This document shows positions 8,983 to 19,129 of a stretch of DNA of 64,000 nucleotides, piece after piece. Position numbers and translations under genes: made by a program. The DNA lies in assembly GCA_035508435.1 (NCBI GenBank), contig DATJNA010000207.1, positions 11,837-75,836 of the forward strand, read 5' to 3'. The notes below the pieces were generated by a model. The model was not told the DNA's origin and ran no database searches. It saw only the letters and a list, made by a program, of their open reading frames with translations. Origin of the DNA: Acetobacteraceae bacterium (lineage in GTDB: Bacteria; Pseudomonadota; Alphaproteobacteria; Acetobacterales; Acetobacteraceae). How positions within the stretch are numbered: the stretch's first letter is position 1; every line of letters begins with the position of its first letter.

Positions 8983-10047
8983 ATGATCCAGGGCGCCGAT
9001 GTTTCCTCGATCGCCTATGACCCGCGGGCGCAGCATACGCGACACATGCAGGATGATTCTTTTCGGGTGGTGAAGGCCCTGCATCCCCGTTGGCGGGGTG
9101 CATTGGCCCTGTCCACCGTCGATTGCTCCCTGGTGCATCGGGACCATGGAACCCGCGGAACCTACCGGCTTCACTCAGGAACGTTGTACGTGGCCTGGAA
9201 CGAGTTCCCCGGTGAGACCTTCATCGAAGTCCACGGCGTCTTTGTGCATGACAGCCTGGTACGGCGCCGCGTCGCGCCGATACCACAGACCGGTGCCCGG
9301 CAGCGGCTGCCGGGAGATCAGGCCGCCATCCAGGTTGTCAGCCTGCGCAGGACACCTGAGCGGCGGCAGGATTTCATCAGTTTGAACCCTGGCTTCGATT
9401 TTGACTTCTTTGATGCCGTGGACGGCAGCACCGTCGATCAGGCGCATTTCTTTGACAGCGGCCTCGCCGAGCGCGGCCTCCGCTACTCCGCTGGTGCCAT
9501 CGGCTGTGCCTTGTCCCACCTCGCGCTGTGGGAACGTGCCGCAACCGAGCAAGTGGTGCTGACGATCGTGGAAGACGATGCCGTGCTGCGGGGTGACTTC
9601 GAGGCAAAGACGCAGGACGTGATCGCCCGACTGCCGTCCGACTGGGACCTGATCATGTGGGGGTGGAATTTCGATTCTGTCCTGTCGATCAATGCCATGC
9701 CTGGCATATCGCCGGTGGTGATCTCCTGCGACCAGGAGAGCCTGCGGCGGTCGATCGACACGTTCCGTCTGACCCGGCTGGAACCGCACATCTTCCCCTT
9801 GGACAAGTGCTTCGGCACCTGCGCCTATTCGATCAGCCCGGCAGGCAGCAAGAAGTTCAAGGCCAATTGTTTTCCGTTGCGCAATGCGGGAGTCTGGTTC
9901 CCGTTGTTGAACCGCGTGCGGCCCAATGACGGCATCGACATCGCGATGAACCGCATCTATCCCGTGACGAACTCCTTTGTGTCGTTCCCGCCCATGGCGA
10001 TCACACCCAACGTCAATACCGAATCGCTGACCTTGCGACGGCAGTAG
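8983..10047 (+). CDS. glycosyltransferase family 25 protein (LPS/LOS glycosyltransferase-like) with an unassigned N-terminal extension
   Basis: The C-terminal ~250 aa show IQVVSLRRTPERR, FDAVDG, GAIGCALSHLALW and IVEDDAVL, as in GT25 (Lic2B/LgtB type). The start is ATG 8983 or 9046. The track start at 8569 is rejected because it runs antisense through higA. Confidence 0.75.
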   Translation: MIQGADVSSIAYDPRAQHTRHMQDDSFRVVKALHPRWRGALALSTVDCSLVHRDHGTRGTYRLHSGTLYVAWNEFPGETFIEVHGVFVHDSLVRRRVAPIPQTGARQRLPGDQAAIQVVSLRRTPERRQDFISLNPGFDFDFFDAVDGSTVDQAHFFDSGLAERGLRYSAGAIGCALSHLALWERAATEQVVLTIVEDDAVLRGDFEAKTQDVIARLPSDWDLIMWGWNFDSVLSINAMPGISPVVISCDQESLRRSIDTFRLTRLEPHIFPLDKCFGTCAYSISPAGSKKFKANCFPLRNAGVWFPLLNRVRPNDGIDIAMNRIYPVTNSFVSFPPMAITPNVNTESLTLRRQ

Positions 10048-10102
10048 CGGCGTTCGTCTCCGGTGAGGCACCCGCCGCGCGGCACCGGCCCCCGCCGGCA
10101 TC

Positions 10103-10126
10103 GGCGTTGGCGTTGGCGTTGGCGTT
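10103..10126. repeat. hexanucleotide repeat (GGCGTT)x4
   Basis: Read directly. It is intergenic between the GT25 and radical SAM genes. Confidence 0.85.
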
Positions 10127-10271
10127 GGCCGGTTGCACGGCCACATCCTGCTTGCAATGGCCGACGCGGCCGTGTTAACGACATGCCGATTCCGTGAACG
10201 GACAACGTCCGATATGATGGTTCAGCGTGGCGACCTGCCCGCTGGGGCCGTTGCCGAGGGGCACTGTCGTC

Positions 10272-11153
10272 ATGCCATCCCTTGAATTCACCTTGATGGT
10301 GGGCTGCCCGCTGATGTGTACATTTTGCCCGCAGGACAAATTGCGCGGCATGTACGGCAAGGCGACGAAGTACTTCACGCTGGAGAATTTCAAGGAGATC
10401 GTCAGGAAGGTTCCCAAGCACGTCCGGATCGACTTTTCCGGGATGGCGGAACCGTGGGCGAATCCCGACGCGACCGAGATGCTGCGCCATGTCCTGACCG
10501 AGGGCTACAGGTTCGCCCTCTATACGACCCTGTATGGCATGGAGCGGACCGATTGCGCGCAGGTGATCGACCTGCTGCGGCGCCACGCCCCGCAGGTGGA
10601 AGTGGTGTGCCTGCATCTGCCCGATCGCAACGGCAATATGCGCGGCTGGAAATACAACGCCGACTATGAGGCGAACCTGATCGACTTCATCAGGCTGGCA
10701 ATGCAGCGTGTGATGCCGAGTTTCGAAGTCATGACCATGGACGAGGGCGGCACACCTCACAAGGATCTCGATCATCTTGGCATCAAGCTCGGCCCCTGGA
10801 TCGGCCATACCCGCGCCGGCAATGTGAGCCTGGAGGATGTGCCCGGGCAGAAGATCTACGTGAAGCCGGAACATAACAGCGCCGTCAGTTGTTCATTCAC
10901 CCGCTTCTACGATCAGAATGTCTGCCTTCCCAATGGCGATGTCGTGCTGTGCTGCATGGATTACGGCATGCAGCACAAGATCGGGAATCTGTTAGAGCAA
11001 GATTATTATGAAATGTTCGCCTCGTCGGGAATTGCGAAGCTGATGGTGGAGAATATGCGGCCGCGGTTTTCGCACGAGTCGCTCTGCAAGACCTGCAATC
11101 GCGCCACGCTGCATGGCCAGCCCAACAGCTATCTGCGTTGGCAGCCGGTGTGA
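10272..11153 (+). CDS. radical SAM protein with Cys-rich (SPASM-like) C-terminal region
   Basis: CX3CX2C cluster GCPLMCTFCPQ near the N-terminus. C-terminal Cys cluster CSF...CLPNGDVVLCCMDYG...CKTCN. One 100-nt hand count (10321-10420) gives 53% G+C, lower than the flanks. The start is ATG 10272 or GTG 10227. Confidence 0.8.
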   Translation: MPSLEFTLMVGCPLMCTFCPQDKLRGMYGKATKYFTLENFKEIVRKVPKHVRIDFSGMAEPWANPDATEMLRHVLTEGYRFALYTTLYGMERTDCAQVIDLLRRHAPQVEVVCLHLPDRNGNMRGWKYNADYEANLIDFIRLAMQRVMPSFEVMTMDEGGTPHKDLDHLGIKLGPWIGHTRAGNVSLEDVPGQKIYVKPEHNSAVSCSFTRFYDQNVCLPNGDVVLCCMDYGMQHKIGNLLEQDYYEMFASSGIAKLMVENMRPRFSHESLCKTCNRATLHGQPNSYLRWQPV

Positions 11154-11352
11154 TCGACCGGTGCGCGCGCCAGGCCAAGGTTGATCCACGCCGCCGCCCG
11201 CAGAATCCTGGCTGCGCCCCGGCCTGGCTGCGCCCCGGGCACGACGATGCCAGCCCGCTACAGGCGGCTGCGTGCCACCATCGTGCCGGGTGCTCCGGCG
11301 GGACCCGACCGCTGCCCGATGGCCGCGCCCGTGTCGCCGTGCCGGGCGGCTG

Positions 11353-11541
11353 ATGTTCGGCCCCGCCAGCGCGGCGGAAATCCATGCCGCACAGATCCTC
11401 ACCGGCCTCGCCATGGCGTTGTTCCTGTCGGTCGGCCTGATCCCCGGTCTGCGGCGCCACGCCCGTACCATCCAGGCCGTCGTGCTCACGGCCTACCTGC
11501 TCGGCTGCGCCGCGTTCATCGGCTATGTACTGCTGCGATGA
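11353..11541 (+). CDS. hypothetical small membrane protein (62 aa)
   Basis: Two hydrophobic helices ([19 protein letters not shown] and [19 protein letters not shown]). No family recognised. Confidence 0.3.
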   Translation: MFGPASAAEIHAAQILTGLAMALFLSVGLIPGLRRHARTIQAVVLTAYLLGCAAFIGYVLLR

Positions 11542-11585
11542 CAAGCAAGCCTCTCCCTGGGAGAGGCCCATTGGAGGAGTGCCCC

Positions 11586-11879
11586 ATGGTCCAACGCCTG
11601 ACCGACACCGAGCGTGCCGCCCTCGCCAGCGCCCTGCCCCACTGGCAGGTCCAGGCCTCGCCGGAGTCCATTCGCCGCGAGTTCCGCTTCAAGGACTTCA
11701 GCCACGCCTGGGGCTTCATGTCGCGCGTCGCGCTGCTGGCGGAGAAGCAAGACCACCATCCGGACTGGTCGAATGTGTGGAACACGGTCCGTGTCGTGCT
11801 GAACACGCACGACGCCGGCGGCCTCACGCAGAAGGACGTGGCGCTGGCGCGTGCGATCGACGCCGTGGTGGATGGCTGA
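11586..11879 (+). CDS. phhB: 4a-hydroxytetrahydrobiopterin (pterin-4a-carbinolamine) dehydratase
   Basis: 97 aa. [49 protein letters not shown] matches the PCD/DCoH pattern. Confidence 0.85.
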   Translation: MVQRLTDTERAALASALPHWQVQASPESIRREFRFKDFSHAWGFMSRVALLAEKQDHHPDWSNVWNTVRVVLNTHDAGGLTQKDVALARAIDAVVDG

Positions 11880-12342
11880 CCCGAGCCTTCCCCAACGCGC
11901 GCTGGTCATCCGCCGCGCCACCGCACGGCTGTGTGGCCGGCTGGGCTGGGCACCGCTGCACGAAGTGGCGCTGCCGAACGGTCGCCGCGCCGACATCCTG
12001 GCGCTGCGTCCGGACGGAAGCTTCGTCTGTATCGAGGTGAAATCCGGCCCACGCGATTTCCTCACCGACCTGAAATGGCCGGACTATCGCGCGTCCTCCG
12101 ATGCATTGTTCTTTGCCGTGGATGCAGACTTCCCGCGCGAGCTGCTGCCCGCGGAAACCGGCCTGATCGTCGCTGCCGGCCTGGAAGCCGACCTGCTGCG
12201 GGAAGCACCGACGCATCCCCTCCCCGCGCCGCGGCGCCGTGCGCTGCTGCATCGCTTCGCCATGCTCGCCGCGGGCCGGCTGGCCGCACTCGAAGACCCA
12301 GGCGGCGTCGCGGATCTGCGGGCAGCGCTCAGGGTGGAGTAG
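11872..12342 (+). CDS. MmcB-family DNA repair protein (PD-(D/E)xK-like)
   Basis: [20 protein letters not shown] core. The family name comes from my recollection of the Caulobacter mmcB family. The ATG overlaps the phhB stop by 8 nt. Confidence 0.65.
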   Translation: MADPSLPQRALVIRRATARLCGRLGWAPLHEVALPNGRRADILALRPDGSFVCIEVKSGPRDFLTDLKWPDYRASSDALFFAVDADFPRELLPAETGLIVAAGLEADLLREAPTHPLPAPRRRALLHRFAMLAAGRLAALEDPGGVADLRAALRVE

Positions 12343-12459
12343 CCGCCGCTATCAGACAAGCGCGGGCCAGACGCGCCATGTCATTGCAGCGCGAGCCGGA
12401 CGCGCCGTGTCACTGCGGGCAGCGAGAGCGGAACGTGGCGCGACGCGGCCATCTCACCG

Positions 12460-13671
12460 TCAACGCTCCGGCGCGCTCACCACCTTCCGGTCCAGCAGCC
12501 CGGCAATCTCGGCCGGACTGTAGCCATGCTCCGCGAGCACGGCGCGCGTATGCTCGCCCAGCACCGGTGCATGCGCCCGCTTCGTGCCGGATTCGAACGG
12601 CGCCAGACCGGGAATGTTGGGCATCGGCACCGGCTCCGGCACGCCCGGTTGCTGCAGCCAGGACATGATGCCGCTCGCCACCACCTGGTCCTCCCGCAGG
12701 AACTCGCGGTAGCTGTTCACCTTGCCGTTCATGATGCCGCGCTCGGTCAGCCGCGCCGCCAGCCAGTCGGTTTGCAGCCCTGCGATGGCCGGACGCACCA
12801 CCGCATAGAGCTCGTCCAGATTGTCCGCCCGCGCCGTGTGCGTGGCAAAACGCGGATCGTCGAGCAAACCCGGCTGATCGATTGCGTCGCAGAACGGCGG
12901 CCAGTCGCTGGGACGCACCATGGTGATGTTCAACTGCCCGTCAGCAGTGGTGTAGACCGCGTTCGGCATGCTGGTGCGCTGTGCCTTGCCATGCTCCAGG
13001 TACTGCGCCATCAGCCGGATCACCGACAGCATCGCGCCGCCATGCATCAGGCTGAGCTCGATGTATCGCCCGCGCTTCTGCTTCTGCTCTCGCCGCGCAT
13101 AGAGCGAGGTGGCGACGGCCTGGAAGCCAAGCAGTCCGCTGTACATGTCGATCAACGAGATCGCGATGCGGTGCGGATGGTTGTCATGCTCGCCGCGATT
13201 TTCATCGACGATGCCGGTCATCGCCTGCAGCACCGGATCCATCGCCGGCCGCTCCGCCAACGGGCCGGTCTGCCCGAAGCCGGAAATCGAGTAGTAGATG
13301 ATCTGCGGCTCGCGTTCGCTGACCTCGCCGTAGCCGAAGCCGTAGCGCCGGATGGTGCCGGGGCGAAATCCCTCGATGAACACGTCGGCGCCACGCAGCA
13401 GCCGCCACAGGATCTGCTTGCCCTCTTCGGTCTTCAGATCCAGCGCCAGGCTGCGCTTGCCCAGAGTGCCGAACAACGAATAGGCGGAATGGTCCTGGTA
13501 GCGCTTGCCAAGGATGCGCGACCAGTCGCCGCCGTTGTACGGCGTTTCCACCTTGATGACGTCCGCCCCGTGCTGCGCCAGGAACATGGCGCAGGACGGA
13601 CCGGCGACGCCGCCGCTGAGATCGATCACCTTCAAGCCGGCGAAGGCCGTGTCGTAGGACATGCTGCGCAA
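12460..13671 (-). CDS. CaiB/BaiF family III CoA-transferase
   Basis: 403 aa. The N-terminal GLKVIDLSGGVAGPSCAMFLAQHGADVIKVE is typical of the family. Confidence 0.9.
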   Translation of the reverse strand: MRSMSYDTAFAGLKVIDLSGGVAGPSCAMFLAQHGADVIKVETPYNGGDWSRILGKRYQDHSAYSLFGTLGKRSLALDLKTEEGKQILWRLLRGADVFIEGFRPGTIRRYGFGYGEVSEREPQIIYYSISGFGQTGPLAERPAMDPVLQAMTGIVDENRGEHDNHPHRIAISLIDMYSGLLGFQAVATSLYARREQKQKRGRYIELSLMHGGAMLSVIRLMAQYLEHGKAQRTSMPNAVYTTADGQLNITMVRPSDWPPFCDAIDQPGLLDDPRFATHTARADNLDELYAVVRPAIAGLQTDWLAARLTERGIMNGKVNSYREFLREDQVVASGIMSWLQQPGVPEPVPMPNIPGLAPFESGTKRAHAPVLGEHTRAVLAEHGYSPAEIAGLLDRKVVSAPER

Positions 13672-13678
13672 CCCCGTC

Positions 13679-14053
13679 TTATTCAGGCAGACGCGTGGAT
13701 TGCCACGTCACCATCTGCCACTGCCCGCCGCGCTTGCCCCATACGTCGGTGAAGCGGACGCCGAACGCGTTCGGCTTGCCGTTCGACAGAACGCTGATCC
13801 GCGCGATGCCGGTCACCACCACGGCATCGCCCAGGTCCTGCGCCTTCACCTCCGATGGTTCGACGCCGGTATAGACAGTGGCACCGGATTCCATCGCGCC
13901 GACCAGGCTCCGCTTGGTGTCGAGCCGCGCGGAGGAATGGCAGTAAATCAGGTCGTCAGCGAGCAATTTGTTCAGCGTGGCGACATCCTTCCCCGCCATC
14001 GCCTGCATGCGTTGACGATCCAGCCCGATGACATGATCCGCGTTGCCAGCCAT
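13679..14053 (-). CDS. SnoaL-like / DUF4440 (NTF2-fold) protein
   Basis: 124 aa. The pattern LLADDLIYCHSSARLDTK...RFTDVWGKRGGQWQMV is typical of NTF2-like domains. It lies 8 nt upstream of the CoA-transferase gene in the same orientation. Confidence 0.7.
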   Translation of the reverse strand: MAGNADHVIGLDRQRMQAMAGKDVATLNKLLADDLIYCHSSARLDTKRSLVGAMESGATVYTGVEPSEVKAQDLGDAVVVTGIARISVLSNGKPNAFGVRFTDVWGKRGGQWQMVTWQSTRLPE

Positions 14054-14227
14054 TGGTTTCTCTCCCCTCGAATGGTGTTTGGCAGGCAACCATATCGCGC
14101 TCGCGCGGAGCGGTCACGCCCGGCGCTGGGGCCGCGGTCACGCCCGCCGTTGGACGGGGCAAGGGGAGCGTCGTCCAACCCCTATCGAGGCATCATGGGC
14201 TCCCTTGTCGCGGCATCATGGGCGCCC

Positions 14228-14350
14228 TGTCATTGCGAGGCCGGCAGGCCGAAGCAACCTCGGTCGAATGCGTGTCAGAACGCCTGGTGCATCGCCTCGA
14301 CCGAGATTGCAGCGTCCCGCCACGCTTCGCCCGCGGTCTTCGCAAAGACA
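14228..14350. repeat. REP-like palindromic intergenic element (inverted pair)
   Basis: Forward arm tgtcattgcgaggccggcaggccgaagcaacctcggtc and inverted arm ending gcggtcttcgcaaagaca. The same family occurs at 18359, 35095 and 59316. Confidence 0.75.
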
Positions 14351-14368
14351 CTGGGCGCAGGCAGCCCA

Positions 14369-16996
14369 TCACGCCTCGTCCAGCACCTGGCGGATCTTTG
14401 CTCCGAGAGCGGCAAAGGTGAACGGCTTGGTGATCAACTGCACCCCCGGATCCAGCCGGCCGTGATGCACGATCGCATTGCGCGCGTAGCCGCTGGTGAA
14501 CAACACCTTCAACAGGGCGCGGCGCCGTAGCGCCTCGTCGGCAAGCCGGCGGCCATTCATGCCGCCGGGCAGGCCGATATCGGTGAACAACAGCGCAACA
14601 TCGGGATGCGCGTCGATCATCCGCAGTGCCGTGGTGCCGTCCGATGCCGCCAGCACGCGATAGCCCAGTTCCTGCAACATCTCGACGGAGAAGCTGCGCA
14701 CGTCGGCCTGATCCTCCACCACCAGGATCATCTCGCCATGACCGCGCGGCACGGCGGGAACCGCCGGCTGCGTTTCGGTGGATACCGGCTCGTGCAGCCG
14801 TGGCAGATAGAGCTTCACGGTGGTGCCGGCGCCAACCTCGCTGTAGATGCGCACATGCCCACCTGACTGTCTTACGAAACCATAGACCTGCGACAGCCCA
14901 AGCCCGGTACCCTGGCCCACTTCCTTGGTGGTGAAAAACGGTTCGAAGGCTTTCGCTACCACCTCCTCCGGCATCCCCGTACCGGTATCGCTGACGAAGA
15001 TGCCGACATACTGCCCGGACACGACATCCGCCGTGGCCGCGTAGCTGTCGTCGAGATAGACATTGGCCGCCTCGATCGTCAGCTTGCCGCCATCCGGCAT
15101 GGCATCGCGCGCGTTCACCGCCAGGTTGAGCAATGAGTTCTCGAGCTGGTTGGCGTCGGCGAAGATTGGCCAAACGCCGCCGGCCAGCACCGTTTCGATC
15201 GCGATACTCTCCGGCAGGGTGCGGCGCAGCATCTCCGAAACCCCGCCAATCAAGGCATTGGTCGAGATCGACCGCGGCTCCAGCGGCTGGCGGCGCGAGA
15301 ACGCCAGCAACTGATGCGTCAGGACGGCGGCACGCGAGGTCGCGCGCGTCGCGGCGTTGGTCAGCCGCAACAGCGACTCGTTCCCACCCTCCTTCAGCCG
15401 CCGCTGCAAGGTTTCCAGGTTGCCACCGATCACCGTGAGCAAATTGTTGAAATCATGCGCGACGCCGCCGGTGAGCTGGCCGATCGCCTCCATCTTCTGC
15501 GCCTGCCGCAAGCGCTCCTCTGCCACGCGCTTCTCGGTCAGGTCGCGCGTCACCTTGGCGAAGCCGAGCAATTGTCCCAGCGGATCGCGGATCGCATGCA
15601 GCACCACGCTGGCCCAGAAGCGGCTGCCATCCTTGCGTACTCGCCAACCCTCGCCCTCATAGCTGCCGGTCTTCATCGCGGTTGCCATCACAACGTCCGG
15701 CACGCCCGCCTTCCGATCGTCCTCGGTATAGAACCGCGACAGATGCTCGCCGAGAATCTCTTGCTCCGTGTAGCCTTTCAGGCGCTGGGCGCCCGGATTC
15801 CATTTTATCACGTGGCCGGTTGGATCGAGCATGTAGATCGCATAGTCGGTCACCGCTTCCACCAGCAACCGGAACCGGCGCTCGCTTTCGCGCAATTCGG
15901 CGTAGCTTGCTTCCAACTGCCGCGCACGCTCGTTGACGCGTTGCTCCAGCGTGTCATTCAGGGTTTGCAGCGCTTCCTCGGTACGTCGGCGTGCCGCGAT
16001 GTCCTGCTGGCTGGTCTGGTAGAGCAATGCGTTGTCGAGCGCGACCGCGGCCTGTGCCGCGATCCCGGCCAGGATGTGGTCGGCGCGGCCGCTGAACACG
16101 CCAGGATCGGAGTGGCCCAGGAACAGACCGCCCAGCACGTCGCCGGACCGCGAAACGACAGGCACCGCGAGCAAGCTGCGCAGCCGTCGCGCGGCGGCAC
16201 CAAACAACGGCAGAACCATCGCGCGCCGTTGCGGGGGTTCGACATCCCCGAAGCGCAGCGGCTGGGCGCCATGGAAGATGGACCCCAGCATGGCCGCATC
16301 CGGCGCGCCCGAGCCCGAGAACATGTCGCGCGGCAGGCCGACTACGGCATACAGCGTCCGGGGATTGTCCCTGCGGTCTATCGCCCGACAGATAAACACG
16401 GCGAACTCCGCACCCGAGATCTCGACACCGGCATCGGTCAGGGCCTGCGCCAGGCGTTCCAGATCGAGGTCGGCGGCAAGCGCGATGCCGGTGCGGTTCA
16501 GCGCCTCGAGCGCCCGAGCCTCTTCGCGCAGTTCCGTGACGCGTGCTTCCAGCGTCTCGGTCATGGCCAGCAGGCGCGCCTCCAGCGTCTTTCGCTCGGT
16601 GATTTCGTAGCAGGCACCACGCAGCCAGCGCATTTGTCCCTCGGTGTCGCTGGCAACGTCGCCCTTCAGCGCCAGCCAATGAACGCTGTCGTCGCCATGC
16701 CTGACCCGAATCTCAACGTTGGCAGCGCCGGTTTGTGTGACGCTCTGCAATGCGTTGCGCAGCTTGAGCCGGTCGTCGGGGAAGATCGGCGGTTCCCAAT
16801 CGGCAAAGGCCGGTCGCGATACCGTGGGATCCAGGCCGAATAATACGGCGACCTGTGGCGTGGCGATCCAACGGTTCGTCACCAGGTCGAGTTCGAACGC
16901 CCCGATCCCGGTGCTGGCCTCCGCCAGCCGCAATTGCTCCTCGGTAAGCCGACTGTCCGGGCGCGTCTGCGCAAGATCGTTTGCCGACTGGCCCAT
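14369..16996 (-). CDS. hybrid sensor histidine kinase/response regulator (PAS-GAF-PAS-HisKA-HATPase-REC)
   Basis: 875 aa. H-box [11 protein letters not shown]; ATPase boxes [16 protein letters not shown] and GTGLGLS; C-terminal receiver [11 protein letters not shown]...[14 protein letters not shown]. Confidence 0.92.
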   Translation of the reverse strand: MGQSANDLAQTRPDSRLTEEQLRLAEASTGIGAFELDLVTNRWIATPQVAVLFGLDPTVSRPAFADWEPPIFPDDRLKLRNALQSVTQTGAANVEIRVRHGDDSVHWLALKGDVASDTEGQMRWLRGACYEITERKTLEARLLAMTETLEARVTELREEARALEALNRTGIALAADLDLERLAQALTDAGVEISGAEFAVFICRAIDRRDNPRTLYAVVGLPRDMFSGSGAPDAAMLGSIFHGAQPLRFGDVEPPQRRAMVLPLFGAAARRLRSLLAVPVVSRSGDVLGGLFLGHSDPGVFSGRADHILAGIAAQAAVALDNALLYQTSQQDIAARRRTEEALQTLNDTLEQRVNERARQLEASYAELRESERRFRLLVEAVTDYAIYMLDPTGHVIKWNPGAQRLKGYTEQEILGEHLSRFYTEDDRKAGVPDVVMATAMKTGSYEGEGWRVRKDGSRFWASVVLHAIRDPLGQLLGFAKVTRDLTEKRVAEERLRQAQKMEAIGQLTGGVAHDFNNLLTVIGGNLETLQRRLKEGGNESLLRLTNAATRATSRAAVLTHQLLAFSRRQPLEPRSISTNALIGGVSEMLRRTLPESIAIETVLAGGVWPIFADANQLENSLLNLAVNARDAMPDGGKLTIEAANVYLDDSYAATADVVSGQYVGIFVSDTGTGMPEEVVAKAFEPFFTTKEVGQGTGLGLSQVYGFVRQSGGHVRIYSEVGAGTTVKLYLPRLHEPVSTETQPAVPAVPRGHGEMILVVEDQADVRSFSVEMLQELGYRVLAASDGTTALRMIDAHPDVALLFTDIGLPGGMNGRRLADEALRRRALLKVLFTSGYARNAIVHHGRLDPGVQLITKPFTFAALGAKIRQVLDEA

Positions 16997-17009
16997 TTCC
17001 TACGGTCCG

Positions 17010-18071
17010 TTATGCCGCGCGGCCGGACAGAATGGCCTTGGCCTCCGTCATCGCCCGCATCTTACCAAGAGCGACATGGCGCGGCAGGTGGTTGAAGCCG
17101 CACGAGCTTGTGACAATGGTTTGCTCGGCCGCCAGCCACGGGTTGGCGAGGATCCGCGCGGCGACCTCCTCACCGCTCTCCACATTGGGATCCTGCACGT
17201 CCACGGCGCCAACGCCGAGCTGCCGATCCCCCAGCAGGCCCTCGTAGTGTGGCGCCATGTCGTACTCCACCAGGAAGCCGTCGCAATCAATGGTACAAAT
17301 GATATCGGCCTTGTAGCGCCCGGTATCAAAATAGCGATGGCCGATCTGACCGTCGTAATCCGAACCGACGGCATAATTTCCCTGGCAGATATGCACCAAC
17401 ACGTGTACGTCGTCCGGCAATCCATCGAGCGCCAGGTTGATGGCATCCACCGCGGCCCGCGCCTCAGCGTCCTCCGCTACGGTGAAATACGGTTCGTCGA
17501 TCTGGATATGCTTGCAGCCTGCCTCGGCCAGACGATGGAAATTGTGCCGCAGCAGACGGGCAAGATCGGTCATCATGCGGGACAGGTCGTTATAGTATTC
17601 GTCATAGGCCACCGCCGCGAGCAAATGCGGACCGGTCATGGTGATCTTGACGGGCCGCCGGGCGAAGGTGGCGACCATGCGAAACTCGTCGACCAGGCCG
17701 AGATCGGTCGCCGGGTCGATCGCACCGCGACAAACCGCGGCGGGATGGAACACATTCGGGTCATGTGCGCTGATCGGGCGTGGCCGGTTGGCGGCATGGA
17801 ACGCCGCGATCTTCTGCCAGAAATAGTTCAGCATCGCGTTCGGCGGCGAGTGCCTGTTATGGGTGCGCCGATGCATCTCGCCGCCGGTGATCACGTCGAT
17901 TCCAGCCACTTCTTGCTCCAGAATCGCCGCCTGCGTCACACGAAACTGTGCATCCGCCAGGTCGCCCGCGGCGAGCTGCCCGAGCGTCACCTGGCGGTCG
18001 AGCGCTTCGTACCAACGCGGCACGCTATGAGCGCCGATCACCGTCGTGGTGTACGCCGGATAACGCGGCAC
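17010..18071 (-). CDS. cobalamin-independent methionine synthase II (MetE C-terminal domain-like) family protein
   Basis: The MetE-like pattern is visible (VIGAHSVPRWYEAL..., HICQGNY). I prefer the GTG at 18071 because a strong AAGGAGA lies 5 nt upstream. The track start is 18098. Confidence 0.8.
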   Translation of the reverse strand: MPRYPAYTTTVIGAHSVPRWYEALDRQVTLGQLAAGDLADAQFRVTQAAILEQEVAGIDVITGGEMHRRTHNRHSPPNAMLNYFWQKIAAFHAANRPRPISAHDPNVFHPAAVCRGAIDPATDLGLVDEFRMVATFARRPVKITMTGPHLLAAVAYDEYYNDLSRMMTDLARLLRHNFHRLAEAGCKHIQIDEPYFTVAEDAEARAAVDAINLALDGLPDDVHVLVHICQGNYAVGSDYDGQIGHRYFDTGRYKADIICTIDCDGFLVEYDMAPHYEGLLGDRQLGVGAVDVQDPNVESGEEVAARILANPWLAAEQTIVTSSCGFNHLPRHVALGKMRAMTEAKAILSGRAA

Positions 18072-18358
18072 TGCTATCTCCTTGTGGGTTTGCGCCACGC
18101 AAAGTTGCCATTCGGGTTAGAGAGCGAACCTCCCGCCCCGGGCAAGACAACCGATCGGCAACTCGGAACCGGAGCGGTAACAATGACGATAGCGCGTGTG
18201 CCGGGCGACGGTGGCGCCCCATCACGCCAGGTGGCTGACCGGCAGCAGTTTGCTGCCGAGGCTGCCACTTCCCGGACATCGATCCGCTGGCATTGCCCGC
18301 CGGGCGAGGCAATCCCGGCCGTCAAGGTGTGGCAATGGTCGGCGCTCCACCTTGCCGC

Positions 18359-18480
18359 TGTCACTGCGAGGCCCAGCGGGGCCGAAGCAATCCCGGTCGG
18401 AACCACGTGAAATTGGTTCGCGCTTCGCCTCGACCGAGGGCGCCGCGTCCAGCCGCGCTTCGCTCGCGATCCTCGTACTG
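18359..18480. repeat. REP-like palindromic intergenic element (inverted pair)
   Basis: tgtcactgcgaggcccagcggggccgaagcaatcccggtc plus an inverted arm ending ctcgcgatcctcgtactg. It lies between the 3' end of ssb and the 5' region of the MetE-like gene. Confidence 0.7.
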
Positions 18481-18495
18481 CCGGAAGGGTGCGCC

Positions 18496-18996
18496 CTAGA
18501 ACGGAATTTCGTCGTCCAGATCGCCGCCCTTCGGCGCATCCCAGGAAGGCCCGCCACTCCGCGACGGCCCGCCGGCAGCCGGGCGCGATGCCGGCGCGCG
18601 CTGTGCAAAGCCGCCGGGCTCGCCGGTCCCCGCATCCTCGCCACGCTGGCTGTCAATCAGCACCAGTTCACCCCGGAATCGACCGATCACCACTTCAGTG
18701 GTGTAGCGTTCCTGTCCGCTCTGGTCCGTCCACTTGCGCGTTTGCAACGACCCTTCGACATAAACCTTGCGGCCCTTGCGCAAATAGCGCTCCGCCACCT
18801 CGCCAATCCGGTCGTTGAAAATCACCACCCGGTGCCACTCGGTGCGTTCCTTGCGCTCCCCCGAATTGCGGTCAGTCCAATTATCGCTGGTCGCCAGCGT
18901 GAGGTTGACGATTTTCGTGCCGTCTTGCGTGGTACGCACCTCCGGATCCTTGCCGAGGTTGCCCACCAGGATCACCTTGTTCACGCTGCCGGCCAT
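18496..18996 (-). CDS. ssb: single-stranded DNA-binding protein
   Basis: 166 aa. OB-fold N-terminus [21 protein letters not shown], a Gly/Pro-rich linker, and the acidic tail DLDDEIPF. Confidence 0.96.
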   Translation of the reverse strand: MAGSVNKVILVGNLGKDPEVRTTQDGTKIVNLTLATSDNWTDRNSGERKERTEWHRVVIFNDRIGEVAERYLRKGRKVYVEGSLQTRKWTDQSGQERYTTEVVIGRFRGELVLIDSQRGEDAGTGEPGGFAQRAPASRPAAGGPSRSGGPSWDAPKGGDLDDEIPF

Positions 18997-19101
18997 GACC
19001 TAATCCCCATTACCAAAGGAGTGACGTTACTCCCTCCCATCGTGGATCGCTATCGGTTAACCAACCCCTTCCAGGCGGCCCGGAAATTGCCTATACACCG
19101 G

Positions 19102-19116
19102 GAACATCCCGTGAAC
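19102..19116. promoter_or_regulatory. candidate LexA (SOS) box GAAC-N7-GAAC
   Basis: gaacatcccgtgaac lies 14 nt upstream of the uvrA ATG, in the divergent ssb-uvrA intergenic region. It matches the direct-repeat SOS box described for alphaproteobacteria. Confidence 0.6.
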
Positions 19117-19129
19117 AAGCAGGACAGTC

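Noticed and set aside
8739-9174. Search for a HigB/RelE toxin upstream of higA (minus-strand ORFs 8713..9174 and 8891..9103)
   Set aside because: The translations are repeat-derived (HGVGPRCRPTVS...) or low-complexity. No RelE/HigB-like motifs appear.
10214-10285. 23-aa ORF (MMVQRGDLPAGAVAEGHCRHAIP) overlapping the radical SAM start, considered as a RiPP precursor
   Set aside because: It has no SD, overlaps the enzyme start in another frame, and has no leader or core features. There is not enough to support a call.
18072-18358. Possible cobalamin or SAM-II riboswitch in the ~290-nt leader of the MetE-like gene
   Set aside because: Reading the minus strand, I could not find a B12 box (AGYCMGGAGACCKGCC-like) in the correct order relative to a GCCACTG element, nor a convincing SAM-II pseudoknot consensus. 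Part of the region is a REP element. An Rfam scan would settle it.
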